Part shown: piece after piece, positions 55,959 to 64,000 of the stretch
How positions within the stretch are numbered: position 1 is the stretch's first letter
Layout: each line of letters opens with the position of its first letter
Origin: Zancudomyces culisetae HAW-14-8
Taxonomy: Eukaryota; Fungi; Kickxellomycota
Direction: 5' to 3'
Assembly (NCBI GenBank): GCA_052426225.1
Contig: JBNJNM010000011.1
Coordinates: 2,728,001-2,792,000, forward strand
DNA length: 64,000 bases
Program-made: the position numbers and the translations under genes
Notes under the pieces: model-generated
Told to the model about the DNA's origin: nothing
Seen by the model: only the letters and a program-made list of their open reading frames with translations
The model's database searches: none

Positions 55959-58152
55959 TTAAAGAGCCCTGTTAACTGGGGGTAAGTTGTATTTTTTTCT
56001 AAGATCCTCTTCGAGGTCAACGCCATAAACGAGGGTGATGGGCTTTTGGTATTCGTCCTCGTTAGGGTAACGGGCTGAACCCTCGTCGAATCTAGGTACA
56101 CGGAAGTTTAACGTCATTTCACCAAGCGGGTGCTCTTTTGGGATCATGATTTCCAAAGCTATGGGCCCCCTCTGGGTTTCGAATAACATTTCTGGGTATA
56201 TTAGAATTGCACTCTCAGAACTCGAGGAGCCCAAAGGTGTCCATAGTGCTTCAAAAACCAAGCCTCGACCACCATCTGTAAAAAATCTCACTATTATGTA
56301 CTTTGCATCGTCTGAACCATTTTCATTCGAGGACTTTTCCTTGGATTTTTTACTTAATCCAAACCAGCTTTGGCTTGAACCTGTCTTGTTAGTGTCTACC
56401 TTTGGTTTTTCCACCGGGTTTTCCAACTCGGGTTTGAAGGTGGTCGTAAATGAGTGGTTTTCTTTGTACCCCAGCGATGTCCTGTGCTCAAGATTGGTAA
56501 AGTCGGCTCGTGGTAGATTCAGATAGTTTCCCTTGGCTATTTGTATTTACATGAATGTTTAGTTTTTCTACTATCTATAATTTAAGTATTAAGAGGCACT
56601 AGTATAACCAACTAAATAGCTTACGAGGACAAGGTACACATCCTCCAGGCATGTGTGCACAGTTACAAGTTCCCCCTAGAAAGCTTGGGAGACAGTCTGC
56701 GTCAATATCATTCAAAAGAACTTCCTTGAAGTTCTTTCCTCCGATGTATATCTTTTCCAGTGTCCTAGGATCCATCCATGTTTTAACTATGTTCCATATA
56801 GCCACAAAAACAGATGGCGCGTTGACAATGTATGTCTTGTGCATTGATTCTGGAAAATAGTATTGATCCCCATCCACTGTATCTTTAATCATATTTAACG
56901 CTGGCCAGTAAAGCACTATTTCGTATTATTTTTCAATTAAAATAACTGATTGGTTCAGTGTGATGATAATGGTAGAGCTTACTGCTAAATCCCATTCCAG
57001 ACAGATCGAATATAACCGTTTGTTTGTATATTTGCTTTCCTGTTGCTTTTGAGCAGTCCGATGTGAGAGATTGCGTCGCAAACTCTTGAAACAAATTATG
57101 AATACGCGTTAATTCTGGCAGTGTGCACTGAGATGTGATCTTCTTTAGCTCATACAGACCCTAAAATTGACATGGTTATTAATTAGTCAGTTTTATTTGT
57201 CTATTCACCTTCAGAAATACTGCCCATATTTTTTTGGTACATTACCATTCTATCAATGTACAACGGATGACCTAGTTTGTCCCTTTTGTGATAACACCCT
57301 CCTCCGTATAGATTGTTCATTATCATTTGTGTGTCCTTAATATCTTTTCCTGGTGTCAAATTGGCGTCCGCAAAGTCCACATAGCCTCTAATCGGATACG
57401 GGATTGAGTAATCGTTATCTGGCCTTGGTACGGGAAGATCGTTTATCTTCTGCTCAACTCGCCACTTTTGCCAGTTGATGATCATATCCTTTGCCTTATT
57501 CTAAATCGTATTCAAACGCTGTTAGTACTCAATAACACATGTGTATTGATGTTCCCCTCCTCCCCGCTATCTACTACCTGCAAGAGTTACGGCTAAGAAA
57601 CGTGTAAAAGTAGTAAGGAAAAGTCCTATCTCGATAGCTATTTTAATATTACTTCTTACCACATCAAGCTGTCTAGCGACTGCAAACCTGAAAACATCCT
57701 ACATTTTAATTTAATAGCAGGTCAATAACCCTTTGTTCATTTTAATCGCAGAAAGAATGCGGTATGCTAGCACCTAACCAAACATTCCACCTCGTATATA
57801 ATACAATGGCAACACTACTTACCATGTCACTGCATTTTTCATTTATGTCTTGGGGGAGTGCTTCCCTTACATCTCTAATCACTTGTGCTTTCTGACTCTC
57901 AGTCATTGCATCCATATCTATCTTTTGCGAACCCTTTACTGTATCGATTGTTTCTTTTTTGCCTGTTTCTTCCTTCCCAATGTTTACAAAGCTTTTCTTT
58001 GCTGTGGAATCCTTGTTATTTTGATTGTTATTCGTAATTTCTGCCGAGATCTTTGTTGCTTCGTCCACATTCTCGGCTTTGTTTTCGGTGAATACCTCAG
58101 TCTTCATCTTTTCCATATTATCTGCTGTGATTTCTTCTCTATTATCTCTCAT
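55959..58152 (-). CDS. Sec14/CRAL-TRIO lipid-binding protein (about 6 exons) with a C-terminal extension
   Basis: DVFRFAVARQLDV, WQKWR, YHKRDKLGHPLYIDRMG, TVIFDLSGMG, DQYYFPESMHKTYIVNAPSVF, CLPSFLGGTCNC. ATG at 58152. Confidence 0.92.
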
Positions 58153-61100
58153 TGCGGTCTTCAATTGCTCTGTACTGAATCAGTTTATGCCTATACCTTC
58201 ACACTGATTGATTTACAAATATCAAAAGAGTCTCTTAGCTGGGGCTTATCCCTGTATTAATTCGTTTTTTTTTCGTAAAATCTTTTTATAGATGAGAAAA
58301 GCGCTCTTTTTTACAGGTCCTTTTATTTAATATCCGTTTTGAGTTTTACCCGCTGTTATTATCCACTTGTGCATGTCCTCCTTGAGTAAAAGTAAATAAT
58401 CTCAATAACATAGCATTTTTCCCTTGATAATAATTGGTCGGCTGTTCTGCCATTTTTTCAGAAAATTCATAATTGAACAAGTAGAATTAGTCGCATCAAC
58501 AACAATCTGTTAGCTTGCTTGGCATTTTTCTGCTGCACCAATCATTTTATGGTAGATTTATTCTTATGTAACTAGAGAACCCACTAACTGGTTTCAAACT
58601 TTAACCCCCTATTTGCTCATGAAAATATAGATCAAATGATAAATGGGCGGGTTGGTTTTGTCTTTGTGTTTTGTGTTTTTTTTTTCTGTAAGATATGAAA
58701 GAAAAAGTCAAGTAGGCGTTATAAACCCCCCCCCCTACCCACCCATAATACCTGCATGCCATTACTCACAAACTCACCAACAAACTTACCCAATTGCGAA
58801 CCACTAATAATTGGTTTATTTCTCCATTCTTTGGTTTCTCAGGTTTTGTCCTTTTTTCTAAAAATAAAGTAAAGCGAAATATGATAAAATCGATAAAATC
58901 GAGAAATAACATATACAAAAGCTTTCGCCAATTACCAATCATTCCCTCAACCTCAATTTCTAACGATTTTTCTCAATAATTTTTGGCATTTTATGAAGTT
59001 CAGTACCACTTCCAGATGATTACAACTCCCAAAGATTGATTTTTTTAAAACACACTACTTGAACTAGTATATTTTTGCTCTAATAAATCTTTACTGTTTG
59101 GCTGAATATACTAATAAAAGTATAACATTGAAAAAAAATTAATGAATTCCACCCCCCCCCCCCCTACCGTCCATTTTTAATCTCCCCTCTGCCTCCTCTC
59201 CAAAAAAAATTTTCAAACTGAGACCTATACACAAGGGCATCGTAAACGCTTTAGTTATTTTCATAGTATATCTCTTATGAGCTAAAATCGATCATGAAAG
59301 AGTGCCAAAAATTTACAACATAGAAGCATAATTTTTTTCTACTAGATGTATGGTGTCGCTGCTGCTGAGTATCTACCTGTTTTTTTTAACATTTTTTATA
59401 AGGAGATTTGATTATCATTGGCACAATGTTACATTATATATTTCAGCGATTTTAGCAATGCAACCAGGGATGGGCTCTCACTATACTTATCATATTTACA
59501 TATTTCCACTGCGTTGTTGCTGGAAACCAGGGCTTCTATAAACCTTGGCACATTTTGCTTGATACGCCATGTTGATAAACAAAATATCTTTAACAGTTCT
59601 TTTAAATCGACTACGCATGTACTTATATAGCTTCGGGTAGCAAAATGAAGTGATATTTAGTGTCTTTCTTTACTGTTCTCCTTACAAAACTATTTTTTTA
59701 TGCATCATAGTTATCTCTAGACGAAAATACTTCATCGGTATGGAATTAGTTATTTCAATACTGCCACAAAGTGAACATAGTCCGGACTTAAAGAAACACT
59801 TTTATATTTATAAATATTCTGTCTTTATACCCTCTGCTTTTACTATTCCTCGCTTGAAAATATTTTTTTATACCTTAAAAGCTTTCTATTCATCTCAGCT
59901 TGAAAGTGCAGATATATTGTCATCTTCTATGCAAACCGAAACAATAACAAATCGAAAACATTTCATAAATGCTAACAAAGGGGCTAGAGTGCAAAAAAGA
60001 CGGTTCGTATATTTGATGTATATTTATGTTATATTTTCAAGCTCGCTACTACTATACAACTTCCAGTGTTTTCTGAAAGAGCATAAACTTTGGCTATGAA
60101 AGGGGCCTATAAAAATGATGATAGTTTTTATAATCTCACTGAAATGCGACTTCAAAATAAAATATAATAAAGTAAAACGGCCTCCAGTATTCACTATGTA
60201 GTGCTTTTTTCAACAGGTACCACTAGAGACGGGATTTAAACTGCATCCGAAAGATATGGTATATTATATACAGATTTTTTCTATTAATACAGATACTTTG
60301 CAGTTGGTTCTTTTAATTCTGTTGCTAGAAGTATATCCTATCTTTTTTATATTCAAAAAGGCGACTTGAAAAAAGCAGCATGAAGTATTGGTCCGATGTT
60401 GAAACATAGTAGTTGTGCGTTACTACCAACGCCAGGTATAATGCAGGCATAATAAAGAGTTTTACAAAAAAATCCAGCTCGTAATAATATTGTACTGCAA
60501 TTATTATTGCTGCGTGAAACGATATCAGAAACATCGGGCTGCTATACCATGTCAAGTACATTTCCAAATATTTTTTCTCCTGTTTTTCTTTTCTGTTCTT
60601 ATCAGTAGTAGACGTTTATTGCCGGAAACCTGTCTTATCTATGTAACTTCCAATATGTATTGAAATCGGCTAATAACTGTTTTATTTTTATCTGTACCGC
60701 AGTTGAATTGTAGTTTTTTCTGGTGATATAATTATCTAATAAAAAGTGCTCAAAAATAGTGGGTATATATATATAAAAATATGTATACTCTACACTTTTT
60801 TATCTATGAGCGTTATGTATCGAGTTCAAAGTTTCAAACCAGGTTTAGTGAAAATTTTATTTTTCAAACAAAACAAACAAATGAGTTTCCAACGCCCTTT
60901 CACTTGGATGGATGGATTCTATGTATAGGCACTAGCAGTGACATCAAACGCCTAAAAAGTGCGTATAGGCCTAAAATAAACACACCTTCATGACCAAATC
61001 CGCCTTTTCTGTGTTTTTTTTTATAGCTTTTTTGTTCTTTTTAATTTAGGCAACTGGGTATTTGCGACTCCACGTACACGTACAGACATACACATACACA

Positions 61101-64000
61101 TATACATGCGTATGTGTATGCACATCCCCACGCTCACAACTTTGGTGTCAAAAAGGTCCTTTTACTTTAAAAGTAAATTTTAGAGCCAAGCTATTATAGG
61201 CTCCGTAATATGATGACCTGTTGCGTTCTAGATTATTTCCCAAAGATTATGGGCCCAGTTTAAGCAAAGAGCCATTCCATTCTTTAAAAAAAGCTTTAGA
61301 ATAGACACAAGATACAATGCCTGTCAAATTTTCTATTCATTATTTACGGAATAGCAATGGAAAAAGTTTTTATAGAAACTTCCGAACACCTTTTTCAAAG
61401 ATTAAGTGTAACAGGAGTCTGTCTATTCTGTGTTTAAAACAATCAGAGCACTTAATATGTTTGTCATCTTTAACTGGAGATCCAAATCCGGGTAAAGATT
61501 GCAAAACTAAAATCAATTCGCTAAAAAAAAAGATGGAAGTGGGTTTTACAGCTGTCATTGGCGATTTTCGATTTTACCAACTTCAGGCATCATTGTTTCC
61601 GCTAAGCCAGTAATTTTGCCTTGATGATACATACAACCACCAGTCGATGAGTAAATTAGTAAATCAGTAACATTCTCGTCATCATTCCAAATGCATATAT
61701 GCTTTATGTGCATCGTAGTGACGCAAAAATACATCGAATTTGAGCTATAACTTTTATTTTTTATTTTTGACATTTTGACCATTAAAAAATATATATCAGC
61801 GATAAAACTTTTCTTAAACCCACAAAGTGGTCATGTCCTTATAGTGGTGTAATTTTTCGTCTTTTGGTATGTGAGAACTAAAAATTAAGACCCCCAGCTA
61901 TACAACTTTCTTAGCCCATCTCCACATTATTTACCACATTTACCTCTTCTGTTGTGATTGTTCATGCCTTTTTGTGTTTCTACCGACTTGAGATTCGTAT
62001 TATTACTAACTTGGTCTATGTTCGTGTGAGGTTTTAAAAAATGATAAACATATGAAAATAACACAAGGTAATAATATATACAAACAATCATATATTCAAA
62101 AAAATAACAGAAAAGCTCATATTCTAAACAATGCATTTAATACTCGTACAGAATATAAGATCTATTCAAAGAAGTGTCTTATTTGGAACATTCTGTATGA
62201 AGTAAATATATCTGCTGGGATGGATAGTATAGTTCGCAGTTTTAAATAGTGTCATCTCTACGCCAATAAATGGATAGTCTGACTAGATTCGCCACTAATG
62301 CAAGAATCATACCTTATAATCATAGTATTCCTTTTGTTGTTTAAGGCTAGATTTCTCTTACCTAAATGACATGTGGGTCAGCAATAAAGAGAAGATAAAC
62401 AGAATTCAAAAAAAAAATATTCTGGGATTTCAAGAAATCAAGTTAACAATAGCAATAACAATAACAATTGTCTATTCGAGCAGATTACTTTAATATCCCT
62501 TACTCATTTTTGGCCTTTTTTCTGGATTTCATTTTATCCTATAGTGTTTTTTTTCTCACGTAAGCACTTTTTGAGCATGTTTGAAATAAAATACGCTCAA
62601 TACTTTTTTTTCTACATAGAAGCGGAAATCCTGATTACTAAGTTCTATAAACGCTATGGGATGAGGTTGTGACTAATTTATTCCGTTGCTGCATTATGGA
62701 TAGAGGCACCTTTATTAAAAAAAATAGTGCTCAAATATTTTGAACTGCGGCATAATGTGAGTAGACACGTTGTACAAGAGATGCGCTAAACATGAATGTG
62801 TGGCTAGTTCCGATTAGCTATATTCCCTGTGTTTTAGGGTTCTAGATAACTAGGTCTAGGAGATAATTGCATTGAGTTGTATAATTACGTTGAATTTTTA
62901 AGCAAAACCTATATAGATTTTTAACTAGTTTAAAATTTAAAGCTTCAAAAAAAACTTCAAACAAATGTTTACATTTTTCCTTTTCCATGAAGTATAAAAT
63001 TAAGAGGTATAAATATCTACAATCCCATAAAAATGAATTGTTCTTTTTTATTTTTTTTTACCCATAAACGCATGTATGTAGTATGAAATATCAATCGGCA
63101 CAAAAAACTATCAATTGTACCCATATAATTAGTCATTCAAGAATTATCACAATTTGTTGGGGTTCATCTATTAGTGCTTGGTTAGTATATCATTAAAAAA
63201 TACACATGCTTCATTCTTTTTTATAAAATAATAGTATTTCTGTATGTAGAGTTCGCTAAAACAACAGTAAATTTGTTTACTGAGAAAATTACCTCATCGA
63301 ATTAATCATACTTTGGTATCAGCAGGTGTTTAACACGGTGCTGTACAACAAAATCGTGTATTACATCCGAATAGCTAAATGCATTGCAGTATTTTGGGTA
63401 AATTAAATACAATTAGTACAAATTCAAATTACAAAACGTTTTAGTTTACAAAAATTCTCTATATTGGCAAGCTTGGATTGGATTATAAAGAAGATTTGCA
63501 TGTCTTCTATTTATATCACAAGGTGTTTCAAAAATTACTGAGAAAGGTTAAACTTATTTTTAATGCATAATCTGCCGATATCTTAGCATAGGTTACTTTT
63601 GCACTCGTTTGGGGTGTTGTTTTACCACGATTGTTTTTTTTAGAGGTGTTACACAAACCCCATTCAAAAACTACGCTTTCAGGTTTACATTCAGTTGATT
63701 TTTTCTGAAAACAATTTCTAATGATGTATATATATGCTATTAGCCCTGAGAAATAAATAGACACTTTTTTATGTTTATGAACACCCACTTGAAGGAGTTA
63801 TGTAAAGGCTTGTAGCAGCACCAAAAATTTTTGTATAATCTTTAAAATTATAGGTAAATTGGAAACGCCTATTTTTTGGGCTATGGTAGAGTAAATATTT
63901 ATATAAATTTTCTTCAGACACAACTAAACTTGTGGACAACAAAAGTCAATAAAAAATAGTTCCAGTAACTGCAAATCCAATGTAGTTCATAGAAGAATAA

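Noticed and set aside
57575-57600. Possible 15-nt poison micro-exon (AG|CCGTAACTCTTGCAG|GT) in a Sec14 intron
   Set aside because: The donor is weak (GTAGTA) and there is no other support.
61085-61125. CATACACATA/TATGTGTATG hairpin
   Set aside because: By-product of an alternating purine-pyrimidine microsatellite.
274-63788. Many 60-200 aa ORF-track entries (antisense to genes or intergenic)
   Set aside because: Mostly non-ATG starts, AT-biased composition and no motifs. They are shadows of real genes or exon-plus-intron read-throughs.

Overview
This is AT-rich, intron-containing eukaryotic DNA from a fungus. Gene families and short GT-AG introns suggest an early-diverging lineage, possibly Kickxellomycotina/Harpellales (inference only). 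I can support about 20 protein-coding genes and one tRNA-Asn(GTT): secreted GDSL/SGNH-family protein, Mei2-like RRM protein, Bem3-like PX-PH-RhoGAP, SIM-RING ligase, EMC2, JmjC (JMJD5-like), PheRS beta, PEX6, a secreted (Thr-Asp-Pro)66 repeat protein, TIM10, a Zn2Cys6 transcription factor, a PAC1/PAC2-like protein, ESF2, two divergent thioredoxins, RMD1, RAD1, COG3, PAC4 and a Sec14/CRAL-TRIO protein. I saw no mobile element or CRISPR array. The most interesting signal is a thioredoxin whose stop codon sits inside a perfect 5' splice site, so splicing would add a cryptic peroxisomal PTS1 (-SNL). Also notable: two apparent pseudo-enzymes (GDSL protein lacking catalytic Ser/Asp/His; RhoGAP lacking the arginine finger), a structured H/ACA-like element in an oversized RAD1 intron, a spliced PAC4 gene ending 4 bp from a convergent gene, a C-terminally shortened COG3, and the secreted TDP-repeat protein. 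All exon models were built by hand and lack transcript support.
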